Shown piece by piece: positions 1 through 12,969 of a DNA stretch of 63,934 nucleotides. The translations under genes and the position numbers were made by a program. Source of the DNA: Albugo candida (lineage: Eukaryota). The notes under the pieces are model-generated. The model ran no database searches. It saw only the letters and a program-made list of their open reading frames with translations, and was not told the origin of the DNA. Location of the stretch: contig JBDOQK010000018.1 of the NCBI GenBank assembly GCA_040437565.1, positions 372,067 to 436,000 of the forward strand, written 5' to 3'. How positions within the stretch are numbered: position 1 is the first letter of the stretch; each line of letters starts with the position of its first letter.

Positions 1-304
1 GTCTGAATGTCTCATCTAAAAAGTGATCGGTGGTGTCTGTGATCCATTCTTTCGGATCGGAATGCTGAAACAATTGTGTGGCATCAGAGTCTTCCTGCTC
101 ATTTGGCTCATGGGAGGTACTTTTAGCGAGATTCACAACAAGTCGGTGAATGGAGGATTTACAGGATTCTATAGAGGAAGAGAAAGAGGTGTTGTGCTTG
201 AGATAGTAGTGATATTCGTCTTCTTCGCTCGGGATACTGTTGGAAGCTTTCACAGCGACAATTATTTTCTGATACAATTCATTTACAAATGCATTGGTAT
301 CCAT
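1..304 (-). CDS. RRP6: Exosome component 10 / RRP6, N-terminal PMC2NT region (gene runs off the window start)
   Basis: Manual minus-strand translation from ATG at 304 gives MDTNAFVNELYQKIIVAVKASNSIPSEEDEYHYY...WITDTTDHFLDE. This resembles the EXOSC10 N-terminus (DSFVK..VVAVTKASGGLP..GDEYDFY). The frame is open to base 1; it is not in the ORF track because it has no stop. Confidence 0.7.
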   Translation of the reverse strand, partial: MDTNAFVNELYQKIIVAVKASNSIPSEEDEYHYYLKHNTSFSSSIESCKSSIHRLVVNLAKSTSHEPNEQEDSDATQLFQHSDPKEWITDTTDHFLDETFR

Positions 305-389
305 TGATCGATAACACCTAATACCTTTATATTTTAATGCGTCTGGTGAAACTTTTATTGGATCTTGAAAGGACACAAGATACCTGAGC

Positions 390-1484
390 ATGGCTGAAGA
401 GGAAGGTTCTGAGAAGGAATCAAATGATACGAATCAACAGGATCCTACGCTGATACATTACATAAAAGGTCTCTCGCGTCTTCAGCAAGCACCTGGGAAG
501 GATGGGTACGCGTATACAGCTCTTGATCTCACGGTATGTATCCGTATGTATGGAGCTCTGCAGTCGTGAGACATATGAAGCATACGCTGTAGAATAAGAG
601 CTTGGAACGTATCGATCTCATCAAACAATATTGCTATATTCAGATACTAAATCTATCACAAAACAAAATTGAGGATTTCTCACCGCTTTCCGAGCTCAAG
701 TACTTAGTAAGCGTAAATATCGCCGAAAACGCGATTGAAACGATACCTACCCTTTGTAATGTGCATTTGAAGGTTAGTTGCATATTCGCATTATGATGAA
801 GAAGTCGGAACCATTGTGATACTGTAAGGCGATTGATCTCACAAGGAATCAGATTACATCGCTCAAAGACTTTCAGAGCGACACAGTAGCAAATCTCATC
901 GTGACTGAGAATTCTTTACAGTCTATCGACGGCATTGAGCAGCTTCCTCAACTCACCACGTTGATTGCCTCAATAAATCAAATATCCGTCTTGTGGTCGC
1001 GAGATATGGATCAACTGCCTGACTTACCTCTGGAACATTTAGAGTTGGTGAGCAGCTATACATCTACTGCCTCGCGTCTTCTATTGATCATTGACCTTGG
1101 TTTTGAAGAACGCTAATGCTCTGAAAAGCCTACATGGCATTGAGCGCTTCAAACATTTAAAATGCCTCCATCTTCGAGATAATCAAGTAGGTAGATTTTT
1201 GAGGCGTTAAATTGTTCGGCATTACATTGACTTCAAATGATCAGATTCAGGATGTTCAGGATGTGAGCATGCTCAGGCCATTGAAGTTTTTGAAAGTACT
1301 TGATCTAACAGGGAATCCTGTCAGCGAGGCAGAGGCTTACCGGCAAAATATCATTATCCTACTATCGGATCTTTCCATCTTGGACACCATCCCAATTGAG
1401 AAGGAAGAGGTTTTGACAGCCGCAATCTTGAAACAGGAACGTGAAGCGGCTGAAGTCAATTCAGTCACAAATGATGCAGAGTGA
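390..1484 (+). CDS. SDS22-type leucine-rich-repeat protein, LRRC23/LRGUK-like (probably axonemal); multi-exon
   Basis: Exon 1 390-533 (MAEEEG...GLSRLQQAPGKDGYAYTALDLT), GT..AG intron 534-592, then LRRs (ILNLSQNKIEDFSPL, LDLTGNPV) and an LRRcap (YRQNIIILLSDLSILD). The N-terminal GLS.L.....G..Y..L motif is like LRRC23. Confidence 0.75.
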
Positions 1485-1867
1485 AGTGATTTTGCTGCTC
1501 CAAGTATCTATGTAGCACTTTTCTAATAAGAAATATTGCCGAATATATCGATGGAAAGTATCGAATAGTCTCTGCTAGTATGTCCACATACATAGTGTAA
1601 TGCCACAAACGCTTATCATAAAAATCCAAATTCAAATACCAGAGCCATACGCTGCATATCTCTCTACTACTAAGAAGGAGTTCCACGCGTGCCAAACACC
1701 TACAATTCGCAAGATACACGATCGCTGCTAGGTGTGTCAGCCAAAAGAAATTAACGATCTTCTCCCGCAAAGTAAATGATTCAATCAGAGCGATGCAAAG
1801 CCTGGAATAGTGTGTCAACGTTATTGCATCGCAATTCCTAGCATCCATACATTTGCCAAGTGTTTAG

Positions 1868-4800
1868 ATGACAACGCGATCGAATGATTCTGAGCTCAAA
1901 ACGAGCAATGATATCGATAATTCGCATACACCTCTTCCACCACGTGAATGTCTCAAACTCTGTATCCAAACCAAATCTCTCCATTCTCTCAATGACGTAA
2001 TAAAATCGTATCAGCGCAAAATCGGTCTTCCCGAACGCCGTCGATCTCAGTCCTTACGATCTCAATTAGACGAGTTTCATGAGCAAATAAACGCACTTCC
2101 ACGCGCTTTATTGGACGATTTTATTCACTTTTCCCATCAGAGCATTTTCGAGCCAATTTTTCAACTTTTGCAATCCAAATCGGAGCTCTCTGCGGAGCAT
2201 TTGACCTGCATCGAAACAATATGCAAATTTTGTACGCTACTGCTGGCAGAATCGAAGAATTTCCCACAAAATAACGCAAAGTTCCTTCAATTGGCACAAA
2301 GTCTCCACGATACGCTGTTATCGCTACAAGGACCCACAGACCTCAAATTGGCTGCTCAAGACGCCATCTCACTATTGTGTGAATCATGCTGGCATTCGGA
2401 TGCCTTTGATTCAACACAGACGCTGGTGACGCAAGTCTTACCATTTCTGATTGTCCAATCTTTCGAATGCTCTTCGATTCGGACACAATCGAACCATTCC
2501 ATGCGCCGATTGTATGCAATGAGGGAGGCTTTTTTACATCTTGATTTCCAGCATGAAAGTTGCAGGTTTTGGAGCGTAGGAACGGTTGATATGATGAGAG
2601 ACTCATAGCTGTTTTGTAGCCTGCTCAAGACAATACTTTTACGAGCATATCTTCAGCCAAAAATCTTCCGGGCTTCTGACGCAATTTCCTTCATGTCGTT
2701 TTTGTTTGAAATTGACGCACAATTCGCAGACGATATCGATCAGACCATACGCAATCAGATTCCCGAGCAGCGAAAGTCTATTTTGCGAAAGTATGGCACG
2801 ATTTACTTCAAGGTAAGGCGCTGTGGCCGGATGGGTAGATCGATGCTGATAGAGGTTGCGTAGGCTTGGATTGCGTCCAATGACCAAAGCCGACAGAAAA
2901 TCGAGGACTACCTTCAACGATACATTCACGAAGCGGTTCATGCGGCCAGTATCGATTTATTTCATGCTCTTCGCGCTCTTTTGCTCATATTTTTCGAAAA
3001 CAAACGACACGAAGGTATCGAACGCATGTTGTACAAAACCTGCAGTCCAATTCTATGGCGAGCGGTGCGTGCTGCTAATGATCCTGTGAGACGACAAGCA
3101 GCTGTCCTTCTTTTCGACAATTTCCCGCTACGAGATCCTGACTTTAACAATGAATCGATGGATCAAATATTGCAGCAACAATTTGATATCGCAGAAATGC
3201 TATTATTTGATTCCAATCCGCTCATTCGAGTGGCTGCGATTTTGGGCGTGAGCAAAATTCTATCGGTGTATTGGGATCTGTTGCCTGAAAGCGCTATCCA
3301 GCAATTTATAAGAAAACTCTTTGAGCTCGCAAACGATAAATCTTCCAGCGCCGTCCGTGCAGCTTTCTTTGAAGGTCTTCGTGTCGTCTTGGAGAATCAT
3401 CAAACACATGGAATTTTAAAGCCATTACTCTCTCAGGTTTGAATGGATCCCTTCCTGACTGTATTTTCTGACTTGAATGCTTCGTAGCTGGCGCCTCTGA
3501 TCAACGATTGCAATGAACGCGTTCGATCGGAATTTGTACTGTTACTGGTCCGAGTCAAAAGCATTCGGAATTTGCATTTCTATCACATCGTATCGATTGA
3601 AAATCTGCTTCACCGAATGGTTTTGGACCGCGGTCGAAAACTCATTCGTACAAATCTCATTCTCCTTTTTTTGAATTCATATTTTCCGCTCAACACCAAC
3701 GGATCCTCTCAAGTGGCTCGATGTTTGGCTCTGCTGATGAAAGACTCGGACGCAGCGCTCGTCTTTTATCGGCATGTCGTCATCCACACGTCTGTGAGCT
3801 CTGTTTGCAAGCTGGCCGCTCTGTTATTTCAATGGATCTCGAATGCGTATCCGTCCATCAAACACACGAAATCGAGCTCCAATGTCCAGCAATCAGATGC
3901 TGCAAACAAACACGAACAGGACGAAAATGACATTGTCAAATCATCAGTGACACGAATTCTTGTCCTGCAGGTGATCGGAAAGCTCCTACAAAGTGTCTCG
4001 ATTCAATTACAATCCGATACAAAGTTTCAAGAATGTGTAAGCTTTCTACAAATGCATTTCAAAACCGATCAATTACTCGCTCTATTGAAAGCCGTTGAGA
4101 GATCTCCAATGGAGTCGGAGACGTTGGAAGAAGGAATTTGCGCTATTTGGCATATAATCGCGTACATTGGACACCTGAGCTCGAACAATGTGTTTCTGGA
4201 AACGCTTCTTTCCGAGTTAATTCGCATCAATGGGGCTTCGAGTCAAAGAGTTCTTGGTGGAATGGTTGAATGTCTTGTACAATGGAAACAGCTCGACGTT
4301 CTTGGCGATCGTATTGACGATTGTCTCGATCGCTGGACACTCGACAATTTCAGTCCTTCGGCACAATATGTGGATGCATCGAATCTCGCAGTGAATCCTA
4401 TCACATCACTCTGTCTAATCGAACTGCTTTTCGACCGCGTGAAAAATCCGTCGATTTCACGAAAACTATGCGAAAAAATGCTCTCACGACTCGAAGAATG
4501 CGCAAGGCACCTGATGGAAATGAAGATGGAAGACTTGAAAGCGGTATGCGATCAGAACGTACAGAGTATCGTAAAGCTGCTGGATGTCGATGCGAAAGCG
4601 TGTTTCAGTATGGCAGTCGTAGCCGTTCACGATCAGACTCCACGCCTGAAGGAATCGCGAAAATCTACGCAGCTGAATGAGGCGCAAGTATTGGCATTGC
4701 AACCAGCGTCTTTGTTCCTTCCGCCTGAGCATTTGATGTGTTTGGTGCAATGGATTTTGAAGCTCTTCTCACAGGCGTTAGGCTCAACGTCCAAGCCCAA

Positions 4801-5603
4801 ACGAAAGAGAACAGCAATCTCAGAGTCATTATACGTCAAAGTGCATCAGCCTTGGCGTAATTTGCTCACATTTGTCGTCCTTNNNNNNNNNNNNNNNNNN
4901 NNNNNNNNNNNNNNNNNNNNNNNNNNNNNNNNNNNNNNNNNNNNNNNNNNNNNNNNNNNNNNNNNNNNNNNNNNNNNNNNNNGTCGATGCGAAAGCGTGT
5001 TTCAGTATGGCAGTCGTAGCCGTTCACGATCAGACTCCACGCCTGAAGGAATCGCGAAAATCTACGCAGCTGAATGAGGCGCAAGTATTGGCATTGCAAC
5101 CAGCGTCTTTGTTCCTTCCGCCTGAGCATTTGATGTGTTTGGTGCAATGGATTTTGAAGCTCTTCTCACAGGCGTTAGGCTCAACGTCCAAGCCCAAACG
5201 AAAGAGAACAGCAATCTCAGAGTCATTATACGTCAAAGTGCATCAGCCTTGGCGTAATTTGCTCACATTTGTCGTCCTTCTCCTCATGGAAAGTATCGTA
5301 TTTGGCCTGCAAGTAAAGCCGATTGAAAATGACGCCCATCCTGTGAGATTATTGCAAGCACTTGTTTCAGAGTGGTGTGAGGCGCTCGAAAGCATCAAAG
5401 CGTTTGAGCACATTGTCGTGTACCTCGGACATTATTTACTGCATTCTGTGATCGCATTAAGCGAAGATCCAAGCGTCAAGACGGTCATCAGCGAATCTGT
5501 GGAGAAATTACATTTCAGCCTCGAAAACGCTTTGAAAGCTTTTCCCAAAGAATGCGCTTCCATCAATTTCAAACGATCACAAAAAACCAATCGCACGAGC
5601 TAA
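1868..5603 (+). CDS. NCAPG2: Condensin-2 complex subunit G2 (HEAT repeats); multi-exon, interrupted by a gap with a duplicated overlap
   Basis: PILWRAVRAANDPVRRQAAVLLFDNFPLRDP...QQQFD...LLFDSNPLIRVAAILGVSKILSVYWDLLP matches the conserved CAP-G2 core. Exons correspond to ORFs 1868-2608, 2981-3442, 3572- and -5603. Confidence 0.88.
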
Positions 5604-5648
5604 CAAGGAAGCAATCCGCTTGTATGGAGTATTTATCTGACAATCGGT

Positions 5649-8615
5649 CTATACGACCGCAACATCGTCTCTTGTGAAGCGTTTGAGGCGCAGAAATGCA
5701 GCTCCAAGTCGTGTGATATCGGTTTCCATCTCGTGGAATTTATTCACATTCCACAATTGGAAGAGAAATAGCCCGATTCTGTACGGATCCGAATACGTCG
5801 TATTCTTTAAAGGCTTCCGTGTCTTTGACTGTGTGGTCGGAATGGAAGGAGTACGAACTCTGCCGTCCGAGTGCCATCGAAAAAGACGACACGATATCGT
5901 CCATACGATTAGTAAGCCCATAGCCACACACTGAGAGGAATTGGCGACTTGGAAAAGCGCTATGGTGACAATCGATTGAGACAGCAAAAGACTGCAAAAA
6001 ACCAATTCGGAAGCGGTTTGCGCGAATTCGCTGATTCCATGGATATGCGGCAACACGTACACAAACTGATACTTTACGACCCAAAATTGGATGTAAAAGT
6101 ACAGACAGCCAAATGGAGTCACAAGCGGAGTGAATACGGTGCCGAGCAAAATTACGAGAAAGATACTGAGAACGATAGCGTACTCGTACCCGAAGTTGAA
6201 CACAGACGGTCGTGTGGCCCATACGACTTCACGTGTAGTGATCGCTCGACCCCAAAGCCATTGCATTTGTAGGAATTTCTCACCGACTCGAGACAATTGC
6301 AAAATGGATGTGAGAAATGCTCGCTGGCACAAGTACGTGATGAATAGAGTCCCCGACACTTTGAATAGGAAGGATTCCAAATAGCTTTTCGTCTCATCGC
6401 GATACTGGAGACCGTGTAGTGCGACAAAAGCCGCAGGAACGCCGATGCAAGGAAGAATGATGGAGCTCTACAGAGAAGCGTTGAGAAGCGTTTTAGACGC
6501 AAGGAGAGGCGATACGTACCACCAGTAGATACGCAAATCCCTTGACAATCAGACTTGTGATGCGTCGAGCCTCACTGAATTCACATTGCGTCATACTAAG
6601 ATAGTAGAGAAACGTCAATAGAAGCCAATTCACAATGATCTACAAAGACTTGTGAGGTTCCATGGGTGAGATTTGAAAGCGTACCAAAAGGAGAGATGGG
6701 AGATATGTCGCTGCAAAGGCGAGAATTCGGGAATGATGAGCGTACAATCCCGAGTAGATTTGACTATTCGAATCGAGACGGAGGTAGACCAGCACATTGG
6801 TCGGCGTTGAGAGCACAAGCAGTAGTAAAAGCACCGCTGCCTGACGACCGACAGAGTCGATACACGATCGTACAAAATTGGAAGAATGCGAGAGATTTGG
6901 CCATAAGACGTCGTGAGGCTCCGGGGCTATGGTCACTGTCAATTGGGCGAGCAATGGATCGCTGTCTACAGAGCTTCCAAACGGATGAAAGGAGGCTGCA
7001 CGTCCGGCTACTATCCGCGCTATTTCCCGACTCCATCGACCTCTCCATGAATGGCTTTCCACGAGACGTAGGAACCGATTCCGTGTACTTTTACAATCAA
7101 ATACCACAAAAGCAGCTCCATTACATTTTCGTTGGCGATAGAATTGAAATATCTCTTCAGGAAATATTTCCAATTCCTTTTCCAATTGCTTTATTTTCGA
7201 CCAAAGTCTCAATTTGCATTTTTTCAGCTTTTGTGAGCTGTCAGCGGAATGGAGCGTGTAGACACACGGAATGCATTGAGAGTAATGCCAAATCATTTCG
7301 GAGATGGACGGGTAGCTCATATATCCAGGGAACCAGGCCAACGTCCACGAGAGGCTGCCGGATGCGTACTTGTCAGCAATTCCTTCGAGTCGATGCAATC
7401 GCTCAAATTGATGTCGTCGATGCTTCAGAATCGAATACACCTTTCGGAGATCATACACAATGTTGACGTTATGAATGCGATCATGTGGGAAATAACTGCG
7501 TAGTAGACTCGTCAGTTGCAGCGTGTCGATGGTGGCCGGTAAGCCTGAACGTATTAGAACGCTTCGATCTCCAAGGATCCCTTTCGTTTGCATTTCGAGG
7601 GCTTCCATAACGCTTTGTTGGCTACAGAAACTGACGATGAATAGCTACCTCCAAGACCCGACATCATGATGCCTACCGCATGAGGAAGATTAGCACGAAT
7701 ACGGTGAGAACGTACGAATACCCGACATGACACCAAAACCAATTACTTCGTAAGGGGACATTACTCAAAGTCGTTTGCTGGAAAATCACGTGAGAGAAAG
7801 CCTCTCGCGATCCACCGGAAAAGTAATTCTATCAAATGGAATCAGACCAAAGCTATCGATAGAAGCGATTGTCGTACCACAGGCACCATAACGAGCAAAT
7901 TGCATATCGACAAAACTAAACAGAGATGACCGGCATCCAAGTGGAAACGCAATAACAAAGCTGCTGGAAGTCCGCATTCCTCACATACAAAAGCTCCGTC
8001 ACATTGAAGTCGCCAAAACTTTCTCAAGCGATCTGTCCATCGAATTCCAAGCACATTTCGATTCTTTTCGTTCCACAAAGTCTCCGGTAAAAGGCCGTAA
8101 TTGACACGTCGGAAGATATTCTCACCCGATGGAGAATACTGACACGCGATAAGGAAGAGGATACCAATTACGAAGAATGTGATATTGACACTGAATTGAT
8201 AGGCGATTCCGTCCCACGTATCTTCTCGATCTGTGACGAATATCACGGAGTCTGACGCACTCGGGCGATACTGAGCGGTATTTTGTGTCAGTGAATATGT
8301 GAGATGGTAGCGTCCTTGCTGGAAGCCGTACACTCGAAAGGTTTGGATCACATGCTGAGGTGTCCACGCTGCTGGAAACTCGAGTTGTTGTGGTTCCACT
8401 CGGATTTGGGAATCGGATACGAGCGTATTGGATCCGTTGAAAATGCTCAAACCGATTCGAAACGAAGTATTTGCTTCGAGGTCGCATTCCACCTGACGTT
8501 CAATCGACTCATTCCAAAAGATTGTCGTAATTCCTTTGGGTACAAGCACCAGTCTCTCACTCAGAGCAAAAGTGTGGAACAAGATCGCACACAATACGCT
8601 GTAGCATCGCGTCAT
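5649..8615 (-). CDS. OSCA/TMEM63/CSC1-family (DUF221) calcium-permeable stress-gated channel with an N-terminal extension; multi-exon
   Basis: Motifs CGLPAALLLRF, GAAFVVF, APEPHDVLWPNL, FNFGYEYAIVLSIF, PLVTPFGCLYF and VVKYQFVYV, with many TM helices across ORFs 7842-8615, 6640-7608 and 5649-6380. Confidence 0.85.
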
Positions 8616-8644
8616 TTGCGTGGAGCTATTTCTGTAGTGACTCT

Positions 8645-11070
8645 CTACGCTTGGGTCCGTGTCGACAATAACTGATGCAATTTCTGTTGGAAGCGGATGG
8701 CGTATGGTTTTGGATGCATCGCTGAGACTCCACGTCCATCTTTCCGTAAAACGAGCAGTTTATATGCTCTTTCCATACGCTTACCGATGGTCCATTTCTG
8801 CAGAATGTCAATGAGCCCGAGATAATACACACTTGGACCTGAGACTTCATTTGCATTGAATCGACGGATGGGGTCGAATTGTGGATCACAAAGACGTTTG
8901 GATAATGGATGTTGTCGACTTGGAAGTGAATCATTTGGCGCAAACGCACTATGGAGCCCAAATTTGTCTTCAGCAGTTGAGATACGATATCTCGAGTAAT
9001 GAACACCGATAAGAAGACTGTAATCCATGATCCCCATCGACGATAAAAAGTTTGTATCACGTGCGATTTGCTTGTACAGATGCATCGCTACCTCTGAGTC
9101 AAGCTTTAGACGCTTTTTGAGATCGTTATCGCGCAAAGTGACGTCAGGAAAGTGATCTTCATTTGGTGAGGTGCATGAGGCTGTGTCTTGATTGGTATTG
9201 CCAAAGCGAAAGAAACGATTGCATTTGGAGCATCGATACTTTTCCCCAAGCAGACACGCAGGAGCATTTCGATCGACCCACGAGCCTTTGATATCGTATC
9301 GTCGATGGATGATCTCTGAAGTGTAGAGAATATTTCCCATCACAACAAAGTAAAAGATCTGTCCATACATTTTCATCGCATGTAGTCCAAAAAAACGAGG
9401 CAGTAAAGTAGTCGGATTCCATTTCGTATATCGGACAAGAGATGGAAGTAGATCTAGCAGGACAGTCTTCTCTTGAGCCGTGAGGCTCTTGACAGTGTAT
9501 TTGCGATCGCACGAATTGAAAATAAATGCACCACTTCGACCTTCACTAATTCGTTCATTGATTGTTTTACGAAATGCTACAATGTACTCCGAGTCCTCGA
9601 TGGCGTATAAGTGTCGTATTGAAGCGAATATTCGCGGCTGGAAATCGTAAAATTGCATTTCTTTCATACTCATTGGAAGGAAGGAGAATCGGGGGATTGA
9701 AGGTTCATTCTGGATATCGACGATTTGGATCGATCGATCTTGATCGATTGCGTCAATGTCTAGCTGAGATTCGCGGAAATTGGCACTTGGAGATCGCTGC
9801 CAATCGAGATGGAATGTTTGATTCGATAGGATGCGTTGATGGAGGCGATGGTAATGCTGTACCGACTCTACGATTCCGCTTGTGGCCATTCGAATCATTT
9901 GTTTTCGTAAAGCAGTATTTAGCTCAGGTTTCAGTAAAGTATCGAGCTCATGTTTCGACTCGGAATATGAGTTCTCTGTCAAAGGCGGAGGATGTGGTAT
10001 TAGTGAATACGGAGACTTGGACGAGGATGCCAGGACGATATCGGCCAGCACGGGAGCGTTGATGACGATCCATACGATGATATTGAGAGCTCCTCTCGCT
10101 GAATGGAAAAATGCATTGAGACTCAAGAGATCCTCAAAACCGTCATCACCGAGCTTTTCTCTTGATTTGGAGCTATTTGTGATTGCAAACATGCACGAAC
10201 TGATTACTGACCATGATGTGTACACACAGCATGTGAAAAATCCATTGGTAAGCACGCGTTTGCGAATTTCAAAAGTTTGTTCCAAACCTCTTTTCAATCG
10301 CCTGAGAAATATACTCAGAAAGAATGAGGAGTGAGAATGTGAGGGATGAGGATGTGAGGGACGTACCTCCGAACGTAAATGATGCAAGCAGAGCCAAAGA
10401 GAAGATACAAAAAGATCCAAAAATGATACGTGATCCATTGATGCCAGAGAAAGCCTGAAGCTTTGGTATTTTCATGGAACCAGAAAAAGCGATGGATGGG
10501 CGATTGGTCAATGATGGAAATTTGCAAGTGTTTCTGGTCGTCAAAGATGCAGAGAGCGATTCCTGAAGCTAATCCGCTTGCGATCGCGTACAGCCAGTAG
10601 ATTCGAAGGTTGTACGAATATGACGTGAAGGGATTCGTAACGGATTGAAGTAAATCGATTGGTATGGCAAAAAACCAAAACTCGCCACATACGAGCAACC
10701 CTTGCGTCACAGCAGCCAATTGGTACGGTAATTTACGGTTGGAGCATTCTGTGATAGAATACTCGCTCAGGTACAGTAGAGCGAGAAGGATATCGACCAA
10801 ACTACCACGTTGTTATGTCAAATGTGAGGTATAGTGAGCGTGGAATTCGTACCTTTTACTGAAGATTATTGGATTCGGATGCGGTCGTGCCAAACGGCTT
10901 GAAAGGTAGCAGATAATAACAGCTGCGGAGAAACAAAAGGAAACGAAAGCTCCCATCGCTAAGTATTGATCAAGATCCCACTCGTCGTATACAGCCAAGA
11001 TGATGAAGATCACACCTATAAGCAATAGAGTTACCGATACAAAAACGAACATTGGAAGTGAAGTCGCCAT
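8645..11070 (-). CDS. GPCR-PIP kinase fusion (oomycete GK family): multi-TM receptor-like domain plus PIP5K domain
   Basis: Hydrophobic N-terminal helices (HPNPIIF, AIPIDLLQSVTNPF). Introns at ~10802-10852 and 10302-10366. PIP kinase motifs SEGRSGAF, TLLPRFFGLH, RRYDIKGS, LRDND, IMDYSLLIG, YYLGLIDILQ, VSAMHPKPYAIRF. The start codon (MATSL at 11070) is a best guess. Confidence 0.88.
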
Positions 11071-12219
11071 AGAAGCTGCGATAAAAACGCAGAATGGCTT
11101 ATTGTGTTGATTCGAGCCAATAGGAGTTCGATGGAGCCATTTCATTCGACGTTTAGATACGTTTTGTTGTTGTAGCAAATTGTGCCAAGTGGAACGACGC
11201 TGATAAGTTGGTCGTGTTTTGGTTTCGTCTCGATCTCTGCAAGAAAATGACTCAAATTTTTTCATGAGATGTAATCGGTGTGAGGGACTCGCGTGTTGTG
11301 GAGCGAAACGGTCGAAGAAGTTTGTATCGGTAGCAGAATGAATTTGTTTTGGTGAAACCTCGCGCGTTAAGGCTTCTTTTTGTTGTGAGATGTTGCTTAA
11401 AGAGAGCGAATAAAAAGTGGCGCTACACAAGAAGTTATACGAGTTATATAGCGCACTATTAGTGAGACAAAAGTCAAATAGACAGATGGGCAATCGTACT
11501 AGTCATTATCGTGATTGTGTTTGGTAAGGTGATTGGATGATCGCATAACGCAAAAAACGAATCAAAGAGAGATGAGGAGTCCGAAAGGGTACACACAATG
11601 AAGGAAACGTCGTGATTACGATCATGGTCGATTGTACCGTACATATGACTATGTCCGCTTAGATGTACCTATAGTGTGGTACATGCGTGTCTATGGGAAA
11701 CGTTTGCGATTATTACAACAAACGCGAGTCATCGCAGCGGCGACAATTGCTCCAAAATGGGAGTCAATTTGATCGCAAAGTCGTGTATTTTGGCCTTTTG
11801 AAAAGCATGGAAAGTATTCATCTAAAAATGAATGCTACAGCCACTCNNNNNNNNNNNNNNNNNNNNNNNNNNNNNNNNNNNNNNNNNNNNNNNNNNNNNN
11901 NNNNNNNNNNNNNNNNNNNNNNNNNNNNNNNNNNNNNNNNNNNNNNGCGCTACACAAGAAGTTATACGAGTTATATAGCGCACTATTAGTGAGACAAAAG
12001 TCAAATAGACAGATGGGCAATCGTACTAGTCATTATCGTGATTGTGTTTGGTAAGGTGATTGGATGATCGCATAACGCAAAAAACGAATCAAAGAGAGAT
12101 GAGGAGTCCGAAAGGGTACACACAATGAAGGAAACGTCGTGATTACGATCATGGTCGATTGTACCGTACATATGACTATGTCCGCTTAGATGTACCTATA
12201 GTGTGGTACATGCGTGTCT

Positions 12220-12969
12220 ATGGGAAACGTTTGCGATTATTACAACAAACGCGAGTCATCGCAGCGGCGACAATTGCTCCAAAATGGGAGTCAATTTGAT
12301 CGCAAAGTCGTGTATTTTGGCCTTTTGAAAAGCATGGAAAGTATTCATCTAAAAATGAATGCTACAGCCACTCGGTGAGTTTCTTCTTTAAATATTTAGG
12401 ATCCAAGTAAAGCTAATTCTTTTGTAGCCTGGAATGGACCAAACTGAATGATAAAAGAAACAAAATTGAAGAGATTCCAATCTCAAATATTAAGGTTATC
12501 ACTGCAGCTGGTAGAGAGTCTAAACAAACTGACGAGAAGACATGTAATCTGAGAACGGAACTTTTAGGTGACAATGATTTGACTTTGGTCTCTGCTGGCG
12601 GCGAGAAACTCTTAGAGCTCGAATGCCCTTCACCTAGCATCCGTGACGTATGGGTACGGTTATTATGCACTCTTTCTCATCATGAGATCTAGCGACTTCT
12701 TATAGGTGGAATTGCTAGAAGAGATTTGTGAAACGGTAAACTCCGAATCAGAAGGACATGATGAGGTAATCAAGGAGCGAGAAGAGTCCAAAAAGGTCGA
12801 ACACATTCGATAAATAGCTTATCCTCAAACTAATTGGCTTTTTATAAAGAAATACTGGCAATCACGAACTGCCGAGTTAGAAAAAAGAGAAATCGAAGCA
12901 GCCGAAAAGAATAAAAAGCTTGGATTGGTTGGAATGAAGTATACCGCGCAAGCAATGAGCAGGCGATAG
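12220..12969 (+). CDS. Small hypothetical protein with a possible N-acylation start (MGNVC), a PH-like middle and a charged C-terminal helix; multi-exon; 5' part duplicated at 11693-11846
   Basis: MGNVCDYYNKRESSQRRQLLQNGSQF..., GT donors at ~12375 and ~12659, LELECPSPSIRDVW (PH-like), ending ...GLVGMKYTAQAMSRR*. Confidence 0.55.

Noticed and set aside
1465-1848. 127-aa minus-strand ORF between the LRR gene and NCAPG2
   Set aside because: No recognisable motif and no convincing exon model; left uncalled.
4586-5279. Apparent internal duplication in NCAPG2 (similar cases at 11420-12373, 14519-15146, 17503-17857, 35196-35743 and 51868-52521)
   Set aside because: Identical copies directly flank a 100-N gap, so they are unmerged contig overlaps rather than biological repeats.
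10302-10366. Frameshift between the receptor and kinase ORFs, and the PHILIPHIL / HPHPSHSH repeat
   Set aside because: Explained by a 65-nt GTACGT..CAG intron with a C/T/A-rich low-complexity interior.
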